Origin: Octopus vulgaris
Taxonomy: Eukaryota
Length of the DNA: 64,000 nucleotides
Assembly (NCBI GenBank): GCA_951406725.2
Contig: OX597816.1
Location: forward strand, 176,948,001-177,012,000
Direction of reading: 5' to 3'
The translations under genes and the position numbers were made by a program. Below are positions 27,491-39,638 of the stretch, piece after piece; positions within the stretch are counted from its first letter, which is position 1; the number at the start of each line of letters is the position of its first letter. The notes beneath the pieces are model-generated. The model was not told where the DNA came from. It searched no databases and saw only the letters and a program-made list of their open reading frames with translations.

Positions 27491-28268
27491 GTATAGTAGA
27501 GAATAATACTTCAATATTTCAGCATTCGTTTTAAAGTGATACTTTATTGAAATTAAAAACAGCCGAATCAATTTGAAGGATTCACTAACTTTCAACTATA
27601 ATGAAACACTAGCACAATGATATAATTTGATATTTATATCAAAGCATAAAGCATGTTCTTACACACACACACACATGTAAAATATTCCTACTTTATGAAA
27701 ATATTTCTCTAGTTCTGCAAATGAAAACTTATTTGTTGAACTATTAATTAGTTCATCTTTGATTCTGAGCAAAAACTAACTTTTGTATTTACAGATTAGA
27801 CTAAATAATAATTACATAACAAATTGGCACTTTTCTATTAAATTGTCATTGTTGGTATATACAAACAATAAAGAGTATATATGAATTTATATGTCCTCAG
27901 ATTCTGCAGTGAATATTTTTTGCTTATATTTGTTATATTGCCAGAAATATAGATACTGACAAAAAAAAAAAAATTATGATAATTATACATATATACACAC
28001 TCATCAACACACAACAAATATTTTTAGGTGAAGAACTTAATATATTTTCAACGTAACTACGTCATATTTATATAAAACCAATGTTTTCTTTTTACTTTTG
28101 AAAACTTTTCAGGAATTATATTTTTCTACCTGTTACTTATAAACTATATTTATTGTGGTATTGTACAGGTTTTCGTATTAACTCACAAAGAAGCTTACCT
28201 AAAGAAGCAGGAAAAAAATCAATTTTTACTTTTGCAACTTAGATGATTAGAAATGAACAATGAATTAC

Positions 28269-28320
<52 letters not shown>

Positions 28321-28329
28321 CTGAAAATT

Positions 28330-28540
28330 AAGGGGCCGAGCAGGTAGAATTTTTAGCCCACTGGGCGAAATGCTTTGTGGTATTTTGTCTGTGCTATGTT
28401 CTGAGTTCATATTCCGCTGAGGTCGACTTTGCCTTTCATCCTTTCAAGGTCGATTAAATAAGTACCAGTTGCACACTGGGGTTGATGTAATTGACTTAAT
28501 CCCCTCCACCAAGCTGCCCTTATAGCAAAAACTTGATATC
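28330..28540 (+). mobile_element. SINE family D, following an (ATT)n tract
   Basis: GAGTTCATATTCCGCTGAGGTCGACTTTGCCTTTCATCCTTTC..AAATAAGTACCAG. Confidence 0.85.
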
Positions 28541-28813
28541 ATTATTATACTGAAGATTTCTGAAAAGAATGAAATAGTTCTATACACAATTACCATTGAC
28601 TATAATCTTCAAGAATTTCATAAGTGACAAAAAAAAAATTCAAATATCAAAAAATATATGTGAATTCTATGCATTTTTTTCTCTGTAATTCCTTAATTTC
28701 AAATTTCTTATTTCATCAAATATTATGAAGAAATCATTATCTCCTTTGTAATAATAACTGTCCACTAGGGAATGAAACATATTGGATATGTGTGTGTGTG
28801 TGTGTGTACGTGT

Positions 28814-28851
<38 letters not shown>

Positions 28852-29539
28852 ATATTGAGAGAGAGGTTTAAAGAGAAAGCAGATCACTATAAACGTAAAT
28901 AGTATTTTAAAGAGTTAGCATATATCAATCTTGGTATAAAGTAATAGAATGACATGAGGACTTCAAATGAAACTCAACCGTTCTTATAACAACCTTTCCT
29001 GAGACAACTCCTGGTTCTATGATACAAACTTCTGATTTTAAAGGAATCTACATTAAAACCTTTCAAAATTTTGTGATAATTTATGTTGTGCTCTTATTGA
29101 AGATTCCCATATTGACATAAAGTGCAAGGCTCATTGGTACAGGGCTCATTGGTGCTAGGCTCCCTGCATTTTCAACACATAGAGAAACAGACTGTTGTTT
29201 TTAATTGACAGCCAAGTAAAAATACAGAAAACAAGTTTATTTATCATAGCAGTACATTGTCATAAAATGCTATAATTGAAATAGTAATTGCTAGAATTGC
29301 AATGATGTATAAAAATCAGTACAAATACTGATTAGATGCCAGCAGCAGTGGTAGCATCCTGAATTTTCTCTGACCTGTTCTTAACTTAGGTACTTAACTT
29401 TCAGAGCAACCATCTTTCCAGGTAACAAAACCTACTGACTAATTCCAGTGAGCTATCAAGACATTGAAGAAAATCCATTTCTGACTGTTCATAGTATGCA
29501 CTGTGCACTGCTCCAAGGTATCTATCACATTGATGCTTA

Positions 29540-29945
29540 CCTTCTCTGTTAGTCTACCTGCAATTCTACTACACCTCATACTGCTTGTGTATCCATAGCT
29601 TTCTCTGGGAACAGTGTACAGAGTTTATATGTGATCCATTCCTTCATACTGAGCAAGACAATTTCCATGAAGATAGCAAAAGTCCTGTCTTTTTTCTCAC
29701 TCACTAAAATCTTAGTCTTTGCTAAATTTTTCATGGGGTTTCTTGATTCTTGGTTTAATTTCCATACCTAGAATTTCCTCTCTAATCCTACTTTTGTCTA
29801 AGCTATGAGAACAACTCATTGAGCATATGGACATCCAGTCTTAAACTCCTCTGTGATGGCCTGTAGGGCTATGAAGAATAGATGACTTTGATGAACTCCT
29901 TCCTTCATGCTAAATTCTTCACTGACTCTACTTACTGCATATTTG
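29540..29945 (-). pseudogene. Old RTE reverse-transcriptase fragment
   Basis: EEFSMKEGVHQS..LFFIALQAITEEFKTGCP parallels EEFRVEVGVHQGS..LQAITEEFKTGCPW of the element at 34197-36343. Confidence 0.8.
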
Positions 29946-30071
29946 TGTGTGTGTGTGTATACAAACACACACTTTGCTATGAGTGGACAGATCTTGTGTT
30001 GTATCACATATCAGCAGTCAGAACAGTTCAATGATGATGATATACAAAGTACGTTCTGTTATATTATATTA

Positions 30072-30292
30072 TATTATCCCTTACCATATTGCGGATCACC
30101 TACCGCAATTTATTATTTAAGCTTATGTTGATTCCAATCTGTGTTGTTTTGCATTTATAATGAAATAAATATATACAAATTATAAAAATAATTTGAAAAA
30201 TATACAGTACAGTACTGTTTCTATTTCATGGATTTCTACCTATCGCAGGGGGTTTAGAATGTAACACCCATGATAGTTGAGGGATTAGTGTA
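30072..30292. mobile_element. Decayed pogo/Tigger-like MITE
   Basis: Right end TCGCAGGGGG..TGTAACACCCATGATAGTTGAGGGATTAGTGTA and left ATCCCT..ATTGCGG resemble Tigger-type MITE ends. Confidence 0.4.
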
Positions 30293-30798
30293 TATTTATA
30301 AAAATTTGCTATCATTATATATATATATATATATATATAATAATAGCAAATTTAATATCAGTATGTTTATAGGATGCTGATAATGCTAAATACTGTATGT
30401 ACATGTGTGTGAGTATGTGCATTGGGCCTGTGAATGTCATTGTATAAAGAAAGATCATACAAGAGTTTATGTTTGTGAACAGTTGTAAAACTAAATTATG
30501 ATAATGATGATGATGATGACTAAATTTAATTATTATAAATGTAAGTGCAATAGGTAAATTTCTATTTTAGTTAAGAACAAGACAAAACAGGTATTTCTTG
30601 GTTAACAAGTTATACCTGTTGTTTAACAAAATATTCTCATGGATTTCTTTCATCATAAACAAACCCTCACACACATTGAAATGAAAATAGTTATAGAAAA
30701 AATACTTTCATAGTTTAAATATACATTTCACAGTGCTTTAAATATATAAAAATTTTTTTAAGAAACTCAAAGCACTCTATGGATATTTAACAGTTTAT

Positions 30799-30858
30799 AT
30801 ATAGATATTACCACTTTTAATATAGCTATGGCTATATTAAAAGTGGTAATATCTATAT
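30799..30858. repeat. Perfect 28-bp inverted repeat with 4-nt spacer
   Basis: ATATAGATATTACCACTTTTAATATAGC-TATG-GCTATATTAAAAGTGGTAATATCTATAT. Confidence 0.9.
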
Positions 30859-31884
30859 CTGATTTTTAAAAGAGAGATATCTTTAATTTGTACAAGAGTA
30901 AAATTTTACTATCTAAAACTATTATTGTAAGAACTGTAATATATATATATATGTGGATTTATTATTTTGGGAGAAATACTTACTTGCAATATTTCTCATC
31001 TAAGGGAGGTAACCGGTACCAGCATTCACCTTTGTTTAGACAATAATGTTGGTCTTCACACTGTTTTTCTGATGGTTCTGAATAGAATACAAATATACAA
31101 TAATATAGTTTTCAATGGACAATTACAAATGAGAAATCTTCATGGTAAACAATTTTTTTCAGTAAAGTCTATGAAATTTCAAACTAATTAGTTTGGGGTT
31201 AGGAAAACTACTTTGATCCTCCCCAATATTGATTTCTTTGGGAAGCAAGAGTAGCAGAAACACTAAGGGGCTTCACAAAATATTTTAGTTTTACTCCTCT
31301 ATAATCTAAGTTCAAACAGTGCTTGGAGTCATTTTTGAATTTTATATCTTCAGGTTCAACAGCTGAAATACTAAGCAGGGATAGTGCTATGCACAAGGTA
31401 TACAAGGCTATTATTTCCTAGGGTTCAAAATCTCAGGATACCATTCAATTTCTAAATGATTACACAAAAAATGTTTAATCCAACTAAGATCTCAAAAATT
31501 TAGCAAGAAAGGGAACAGGTAAGATCATTCCTGGAAGAGAGAAGAATGAAGGGGTGGAGATGAGCAGTTCATGCTGATGCAGGATGTATGCAAATTTTTC
31601 CAGGTAACAGATTATCTTGGTGATAAACATTATCATTATTATCATTTTTTGATTGCATTTATCAGCTGGAATAAAAAAAAGGGTGATAACTGGAGAAAGA
31701 TGTAAGAAAAAACAAAAATTTGGAAAAGGATGGGTGCACATCGAAAGAAGGATTCATACAGTATACAGCCTGCAGAAAAAGGCACACATTGTGAAACTGG
31801 AAGAAAGATGAAATATAAAAAAAGGAAATTTATGCAATAAGGATTTTTTCCTCCTTGGTTCTACTCCCTCTCTCGACTAAAAAG

Positions 31885-32238
31885 TCTTTGGTGATCCTGC
31901 TGGTGCCGGTACCATATAAAAAGCACCTATGCTGATGCCATGTTAAAGGCACCTGTGCTGGTGCCATGTAAAAAACACCTGAGCTGGTACCATTTGAAAA
32001 GCACTTCTGCCAGTGCTAGGTAAAGAGCATTTGTACTGGTGTTGCATAAAAAACTCCGAGTACCCTCTGTAAAGTGGTTGGCATAAGGAAGGGCATCCAG
32101 CCAAAGAAACTCTGTCAAAACAAACAATTGGAGCCTGGTGCAGTTTTCTGGCTTGTCAGCTCCTGTTGAATTGTCCAGCCTATGCCAACATGGAAAATGG
32201 ATATTAAATGATAATGATGATGATGATGATGATGATGA
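31885..32238 (+). mobile_element. Old RTE 3' UTR fragment
   Basis: Repeated GGTGCCATGTAAAAAGCAC units, GTGGTTGGCATAAGGAAGGGCATCCAG and a (GAT)n tail. Confidence 0.75.
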
Positions 32239-32259
32239 ATGGTGTTTATTTTTAGTTGG

Positions 32260-32608
32260 CTATAATTAAACAGTGTCTTCTACAGTAGTCTTGGGCCAAT
32301 CAAAACTTTGTGAGTAGATTTGATAGCTGGAATCTGAAAGAAGTTAGTCATGTATATATGTGAGTGAGTGTGTGCTTAGATGTGTCTATTTGTCTTGATA
32401 TTGCACAACACTGTAAATGAATATTATTCATTTCAAATATTCTGCAAAAACATGTCTAACCAAGGAGAAATATTATCTCGCTTGGAAACAGGTAAGAAAT
32501 GGTGACAGGAAGGACATCAGGCCTTATAAAATTTGCCTCAATAAACTCTGTTCAACTTGTGCATTCTTGGAAACTTAGACATTAAAATGATGATGATGAT
32601 GATGATGA
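32260..32608 (+). mobile_element. SINE with family A head and RTE-like 3' tail (family E); minus-strand copy at about 52960-53375
   Basis: GTGTCTTCTAC..TTGTGAGTAGATTTG head, then GGAAACAGGTAAG..GACAGGAAGGACATC..GACATTAAAATGATGATG. Confidence 0.6.
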
Positions 32609-33202
32609 AGACTGATTATAAAAGTATATAAGTATATTCTGATGAAGTGGAATTATATCAGTGACCAGGTTGGAAAAGTGTAATTAAAACTTTTTAAGAC
32701 TTCATAATGGGCAATATAATTATAGAATGAAAGTAAATGCAAACAGTTTGTGAATTCTTAAATGGCTAAAGTGACCCTTCCACAGTGTAAATTGTTGCAT
32801 ACAATCTCAGATCAAGTTGCTTGTTAAACAAGTACAACTCTGAAATATTATATATTATTATATATAAATTAAGATAATAAATGCTATTACTGTAAAATAT
32901 TCTGGTAATATATATTACTTAAGTTAGAAATTTTGGTAAGCTTAATTTCTGGTTGACTTCAAACTAATACATATTTTCCTTCATTTAAAAGTTAGAGTTT
33001 AACCTTTCCTTCACTATCTATAATATAATGATTGAAGAAGTGTGGCACTGTGTCCAGTTTTTTTTTTTTTCTCACATTATTAAAAAAGTCATATTGCTTT
33101 GAAGAAATTATGGCTGAGGTAAAGAATATGCACACCACCTATTTTCGCCATAACCCTAAACTTAAACACTATGAACAGGTGGTGTGTATATTCTTTACCT
33201 TC

Positions 33203-33992
33203 ATGGCTGTGTGGTAAGTGGTTTGCTTACCAACCACATGGTTCCAGGTTCAGTCCCACTGCGTGAAATCTTGGGCAAGTGTCTTCTACTATAGCCTTGG
33301 GCAGACCAAAGCCTTGTGAGTGGATTTGGTAGACGGAAATGGAAAAGAAGCCTGTTGTATATATGTATGTGTGTGTATTTGTCTCCCCAAGATTGCTTGA
33401 CAACTGATGCTGTTGTGCTTATGTCCCTGCAACTTAGCGGTTCGGCAAAAGAGACCGATAAAATAAGTACTAGGCTAACAAAGAATAAGTCCTGGGGTCA
33501 ATTTGTTCGACTAAAGGTGGTGCTCCAGCATGGCCATAATCAAATGACTGAAACAAGTAAAAGAATATAATTTTCAAACTATAGGTGTAGGAGTGGCTAT
33601 GTGGTTAGTAGATTGCTTACCAACCACATGGTTCTGGGTTCAGTCCCACTGTGTGGCACCTTGGGCAAGTGCCTTCTACTATAACCTCAGACTGACCAAA
33701 GCCTTGTGAGTGGATTTGGTAGACAGAAACTGAAAGAAGCCTGTCGTATATAGATATATATATATATATATGCATGTGTTTGTGTGTCTGTGTTTGTCCC
33801 CCTAGCATTGCTTGACAACCAATGTTGGTGTGTCTGCATCCTTGTAACTTAATGGTTCAGCAAAAGGGACCGATAGAATAATTACTAGACTTACAAAGAA
33901 TAAGTCCTGGGGTCGATTTGCTCGACTAAAGGCTGTGCTCCAGTATGGCTGCAGTAAAAATGACTGAGACAAATAAAAGAGTAAAAAAGAGT
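33203..33992 (+). mobile_element. Two tandem SINE family A copies (33203-33567, 33582-33992)
   Basis: Two complete head-to-tail units. Confidence 0.9.
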
Positions 33993-34196
33993 ATAAAGTT
34001 TATCTGTATATTAAACATGTCAACTTCCGTTTGAATTCCATTTGTAAACAAATAGCTTTTCTTCACATTCGTAAAAAATAGAATAAAATGAAAAAAAACA
34101 AACAAACAAAACAAGTGAGTAAATTATTTTTAACAGATCTTGTCAGTTTGGCTGCCAGCATCAATTTGTTCGAATTGGTTTCATATTCAATATAAT

Positions 34197-36343
34197 GAAG
34201 CCTTTGACGAAGTAGAAGGGGATATAGCTTCACATGAGGTAGAAGACAACTGGAGGATTCTAAGGGACAACCTGCTGAGAGCCACTGACCAGATCTGTGG
34301 CTGGTGCAAAGTCCCCTCTCGACCTAAAATAACGTGGTGGTGGAATAATGTTGTAGACAGGGCTATTAGAGAAAAGAGACAGGCGTGGAAGGACTGGGAA
34401 AATGGTGGTAGCAGGGAATTGTATCAGACTGCCAAAAGGGAATCTAAGAGACAGGTTTATTTAGCCAGAGGGGAAGCAGATAAGAAAAAATTTGCCAATG
34501 TTTTGCGCCGTGAGGACCAAAGACTTGAGGTATTTCGTGTTGCAAGACAGTGTTTGAGAGAGAATCATGACGTGGTAGGAGAGAAATGTGTTCGCATGGA
34601 TGATGGTTCACTTGCGCTAAATGAGGATGCAAAGAGAGAGGCTTGGAGACGCCACTATGAAAGGTTGCTGAATGAGGAAAATGAATGGGATAAAGAGAGT
34701 CTGCCGAATGTCGACCCAACAGAGGGACCAGCTATCCGAGTTGACAGTTCCTTGGTAGTTAAGGCAATTAGAAGCATGAAGACAGGGAAAGTCCCAGGCC
34801 CATCAGGAATTACTGCAGAGATGCTCAAGATATCTGGTAGTGTCGGCTATAGCCTAGTCACTAGTATAGTTAACCAGGTGATACACGAAGGAGTCATACC
34901 CAATGACTGGTGTAGCAGCATAATAGTCAACTGCTACAAAGGTAAAGGTGACGCCCGAGATACAAATAATTACAGAGGTATCAAGCTGTTGGATCAGGTA
35001 ATGAAGGTTACGGAGAGGGTCATAGCCCAACTAATTAGGGAGAGAGTTAGTTTAGATGAGATGCAGTTTGGATTCGTGACAGGGAAAAGCACCACTGATG
35101 CCATATTCCTGGTAAGATAGCTGCAGGAGAAATACCTAGCCAAAGATAAGCCCCTGTACCTGGCTTTCGTTGACATGGAGAAAGTCTTCGACAGGGTCCC
35201 CCGATACCTTATCTGGTGGTCAATGAGGAAACTAGGGATAGATGAATGGTTAGTGAGAGCTGTGCAAGCCATGTACAGGGACGTTGCTAGTAAGGTGAGG
35301 GTTGGCAATGAGTACAGTGAAGAATTCCGGGTAGAGGTAGGGGTCCATCAAGGTTCAACCTCAGCCCCCTCCTATTTATCATAGTCCTCCAGGCAATAAC
35401 GGAGGAATTCAAGACAGGATGCCCCTGGGAGCTCCTCTACACTGATGACCTTGCTCTAATTGCTGAGTCACTATCAGAACTGGAGGAGAAGTTTCAGGTG
35501 TGGAAGCAAGGATTAGAATTGAAGGGTCTTAGAGTCAACCTAGCTAAAACCAAAGTCCTAATAAGTAGGAGGGTCGACAAGTCACAAATGCCTTCAGGTA
35601 GATGGCCTTGCTTGATCTGTAGAAAAAAGAGGTGCAGCAATGTCAAGGGAAGGCTAACTAGGAAGATAGTTTTTGTATGTGGCAGATGCTCAAGAGCAAT
35701 AAACACTGAAAATGCGCAGAGACCAACTTCCGCCACATTCCAGGGAGAAAAACTAGAAATAGTTGATAGCTTCCGTTACCTAGGTGACCAAGTCAGTAGC
35801 GAGGGCGGGTGTGTTGAAAGTGTAACTGCTAGAGTAAGAATAGCTTGGGCAAAGTTCAGAGAGCTCTTACCTCTGCTAGGGACAAAAGGCCTCTTGCTCA
35901 GAGTAAAAGGCAGACTGTATGACGCATGTGTATGAACAGCCATGCTACATGGTAGTGAAACATGAGCCGTGACTGCTGAGGATATGTGTAAGCTCGCAAG
36001 AAATGAAGCCAGTATGCTCCGATGGATGTGTAATGTCAGTGTTCATACACGACAGAGTGTAAGTACCTTGAGAGAGAAGTTGGACCTAAGAAGCATCAGT
36101 TGTGGTGTGCAAGAGAGACGTTTGCACTGGTATGGCCATGTGGCAAGAATGGATGAAAATAGTTGTGTGAAAAAGTGCCACACCCTAGCGGTTGAGGGAA
36201 CCTGTGGAAGAGGTAGACCCAAGAAAACCTGGGACGAGGTGGTGAAGCACGACCTTCAAACTTTAGGTCTCACCAAGGAAATTACTAGAGACCGAGACCT
36301 TTGGAAGTATGCTGTGCGTGAGAAGACCCGGCTGGACAAGTGA
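34197..36343 (+). pseudogene. RTE ORF reverse transcriptase with Cys-rich insert; stops and a frameshift
   Basis: TWWWN..GPSGITAEMLK..YKGKGD..NYRGIKLL..QFGF..AFVDMEKVFDRV..GVHQGS..LYTDDL..GLRVNLAKTK..FRYLG..RRLHWYGHV..GRGRPKKTW; stops at 35118 and 35933. Confidence 0.95.
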
Positions 36344-36813
36344 GATTATAACCCATGGCCTCAGTCCAATTATGCATACCTTTCCTTCTTGGGACACAAA
36401 ACTCTACTTGTGAAGACCTATTGAGGCAAGTGAAAATCAAAATCAAAATCAAAATTGATCAACATCAATGGAAATTGTAGCTGTGATACCAGTGCCGGTG
36501 GCACATAAGAGAGCCATCCTAATGTGGTCGTTGCCAGCGCCGCCCCGACTGGCTTCCATGCTGGTGGCACATAAAAAGCACCATCTGATTGTGGCTGTCG
36601 CCAGCCTCGCCTGGCCTCCATGCTGGTGGCATGTAAAAAGCACCCACTACACTCATGGAGTGGTTGGCGTTAGGAAGGGCATCCAGCCGTAGAAATATTG
36701 CCAGATCAGACTGGGCCTGGTGCAGCCTTCTGGCTTCCCAGACCCCAGTTGCACCGTCCAACCCATGCCAGCATGGAAAGCGGACGTTAAACGATAATGA
36801 TGATGATGATGAT
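34197..36813 (+). mobile_element. 5'-truncated RTE-clade LINE (RT region, 3' UTR, (GAT)n tail)
   Basis: RT-encoding region followed by a 470-bp 3' UTR that recurs elsewhere in the window; GAT-repeat tail. Confidence 0.95.
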
Positions 36814-37118
36814 ACACTTTTATGGGCTAATTAATGATGTGAAAATTATTTTGACTATAAATCAATAAACAAAGAGTTAATTAAAGTTTGAAAATTTTGA
36901 TAATTTTAGCCAATCATAAACCACAGACACGTTCATGCCTGTTTTGATAGTAAGAAGTGGAACATGAAAACTCTTTTGTGTGCCTGTTGCCATAGTAACA
37001 GTCTTTGAACAGTCTTTTATCTGTGAGGAAACAAGTGTTGACAAATTTGATGTTAAGTTTTGTGTTAAACTTTTAAGAAAAGGGTGTTGCAACCAAAAGA
37101 AAATTATGTAAAAAGAGG

Positions 37119-37536
37119 CATGTTAGGTGTATGAGATGTGATGGGAACATGTACATGTTAGGGGTATGAGAAGATGTGATGGGAACATGTACATGTTAGG
37201 GGTATGAGAAGATGTGATGGGAACATGTACATGTTAGGGGTATGAGAAGATGTGATGGGAACATGTACATGATAGGGGTATGAGAAGATGTGATGGGAAC
37301 ATGTACATGTTAGGGGTATGAGAAGATGTGATGGGAACATGTACATGTTAGGGGTATGAGAAGATGTGATGGGAACATGTACATGTCAGGTGTATGAGAA
37401 GATGTGATGGGAACATGTACATGTCAGGTGTATGAGAAGATGTGATGGGAACATGTACATGTTAGGTGTATGAGAAGATGTGATGGGAACATGTACATGT
37501 TAGGGGTATGAGAAGATGTGATGGGAACATGTACAT
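37119..37536. repeat. 38-bp minisatellite, 11 units
   Basis: Unit CATGTTAGGGGTATGAGAAGATGTGATGGGAACATGTA; the first unit is 35 bp. Confidence 0.97.
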
Positions 37537-38169
37537 TTATTCACATGAAAGAAAATTACCGTAGAACTTTCATCTAATTCTTCCAAATTTTCCTGTTAAA
37601 AATTGTAATGTGTTTATCGCATGTAATGTGTTGTTCATCACATTTGCATTAAATGCATATCGAATGCTTAAATGTTTGTTTACTCGTTTCTTTTTGTCAT
37701 TGAGCACTGAGGTGGTTCTGAGGTGTGCTAAAAATAACAGTTAAATAAAATTTTCTGGATAAATCTTTTAAATTAAAGTTTATTTGCCAACGCCTCACTC
37801 AGAGATTTAAAACTATTTTTCTCTTTTAAATTAACATAAACACTTATTTACATGAAAGAAAATTACCAGTGACATAACACATGTTTACAAATATTGACAA
37901 CACCTACTATTTTCAGTATGTTGACGACCAAATATGCAGTCACGCACAAAATGACAGCTTCCAAATCCTGTTTCCTGACTGGGTGAAAATGATCAAAGTT
38001 TAAACCTCTATAACTTTTTAAAAACATTTTTCTGGAAAAAATAAAATAACTCTAGCAATTCAGTTTGGGCAAGTATATTATTGAGCCAAATTTTAAAATT
38101 TTCGGTAAACTTTAATTTTTGAAATGCAGGCAGCCAAACTGATAAGATCTTTTTTAACAGCATTACATA

Positions 38170-38385
38170 ATGCATGTAAAGCTAGAAGAAAGGCTGTTAA
38201 GCATTTCATCTGCTATAGTTAATGATTCTGCTAGGATGCTGGCTTTAAATCCTATTGGATAATACTGGCTTCAAATTTTCGTTTGAGGCCAGCAAGATGA
38301 GGTAAATTAATTACATTGATCCCCAGTGCTCAACTGGTACTTATTTTATTGACCCTGAAAGGATGAAAGGAAAAGTCAATCAGGG
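38170..38385 (-). mobile_element. SINE family D fragments (rearranged)
   Basis: CCCCAGTGCTCAACTGGTACTTATTTTATTGACCCTGAAAGGATGAAAGG. Confidence 0.7.
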
Positions 38386-38927
38386 GCATTCTATATACTA
38401 AATCCAAGTGGTTATAACACATGTAATACAGTGAATTGAAAAGCTTTTATTAACTGAGATTATTCAAGCAATAAGTAGAAAGAAACTCCCTTTAGGAGTA
38501 TTTTAAATTAAAATGTTTTTAACATTTAGATTTAAATATTGTTTTTTAGATTTTAAAGGTAAATGCTATTTTTTTAGACTTCAATCACCCTAAGAAGGAC
38601 TATTCATCTTTAGGATATTTGCAGTGGGTCAAAGCTTTTCAAAGTATTACATCTGTGAGACATTGCTAAACAATAAAATACTTATCTATAGTGAACAGTG
38701 GAAGAATAGTAATGATAAGTGATTTGTTCGCTTTTAGTACAGAGTTCAAATCCTTTTGTTAATCTGAAGACAACAGAAAACTCTTGTGGTGTGTTACTTC
38801 TTTGTTACTTTCTTAGATCATTCAATAAAAAGAAAAGCGGGTCTCTGGCAGTTCTTAAGAAATGATAATAGAGTTCTTCGTACTTTAAATGGCATTATCA
38901 GAAAAGGAGTCTCTAAGACTGGTAGAA

Positions 38928-38991
38928 AAAAAGGAAGAAGAATCCATTACTTATGTTTTAAAAAGGAAGAAGAATCCATTACTTATGTTTT
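38928..38991. repeat. Perfect 32-bp tandem duplication
   Basis: AAAAAGGAAGAAGAATCCATTACTTATGTTTT x2. Confidence 0.9.
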
Positions 38992-39373
38992 GTCTTCAAA
39001 TCAGAGACCTGGTGTAGTTGTTCTCAACAGACTGGACTCTTCTAAAGGTATCTGAAGTTAACCACTAAAAAGCTGAGAACTGATCATACACTGGAATTAA
39101 TAAGATGGTAGAGGTTCTGCAGTTAATCCTATTGCATAGTATCTTGAGTAAGTGTCTTTAACCATTACCTCAGGTCAACTCAAGCCTTGTGAATGAAACT
39201 GGACAGATGGAAACAGTGCATCACATGTTACACACTGTGTTATGATGATTCTACATGAGGATTATGTTAGTGTTACATATGTTTATGAAATGCTCAACAA
39301 CTTATGCTAATTCAATGAGTGGATAACTCAGTTGATTGGACAAGTGGATTTGCATTGTTGAAACTGACAGCAA

Positions 39374-39418
<45 letters not shown>

Positions 39419-39550
39419 AAGTTCAGCAAAATTTAGATTCAGATTAATGTGGTACTTAAGTTAAAGGCACCAGAATTTTGTATGGTATTATCCATATATA
39501 TCAAGTGGGGTGATTATAATCAAAATAAGCAACAAGGATATCCAAGGTAG

Positions 39551-39638
39551 TGTAGTACAATTGTTTCATGCTACTTCATTTTATCAAACACTGTAAGTAT
39601 TACATCAGTTTTAAAATGTCGAGCAATCTTCAGCCACA
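39551..39638 (-). ncRNA. Type I hammerhead ribozyme motif in the PLE 3' repeat
   Basis: Minus: TGTGG-CTGAAGA-TTGCT..AGCAT-GAAAC-AATT-GTA-CTACA. Confidence 0.7.

Larger units (their letters stand above)
34135..38150. mobile_element. Non-autonomous TIR transposon (Merlin-like) containing a nested RTE and a minisatellite
   Basis: 22-bp TIR AGATCTTGTCAGTTTGGCTGCC / GGCAGCCAAACTGATAAGATCT (1 mismatch); 8-bp TSD TTTTTAAC at 34127-34134 and 38151-38158. Confidence 0.85.

Noticed and set aside
31208-31405. Short ORF with a signal-peptide-like N-terminus
   Set aside because: Starts at a non-ATG codon, no recognisable domain, no splice support
37119-37536. CRISPR-like array
   Set aside because: Units are contiguous and near-identical with no unique spacers, no cas genes, eukaryotic context
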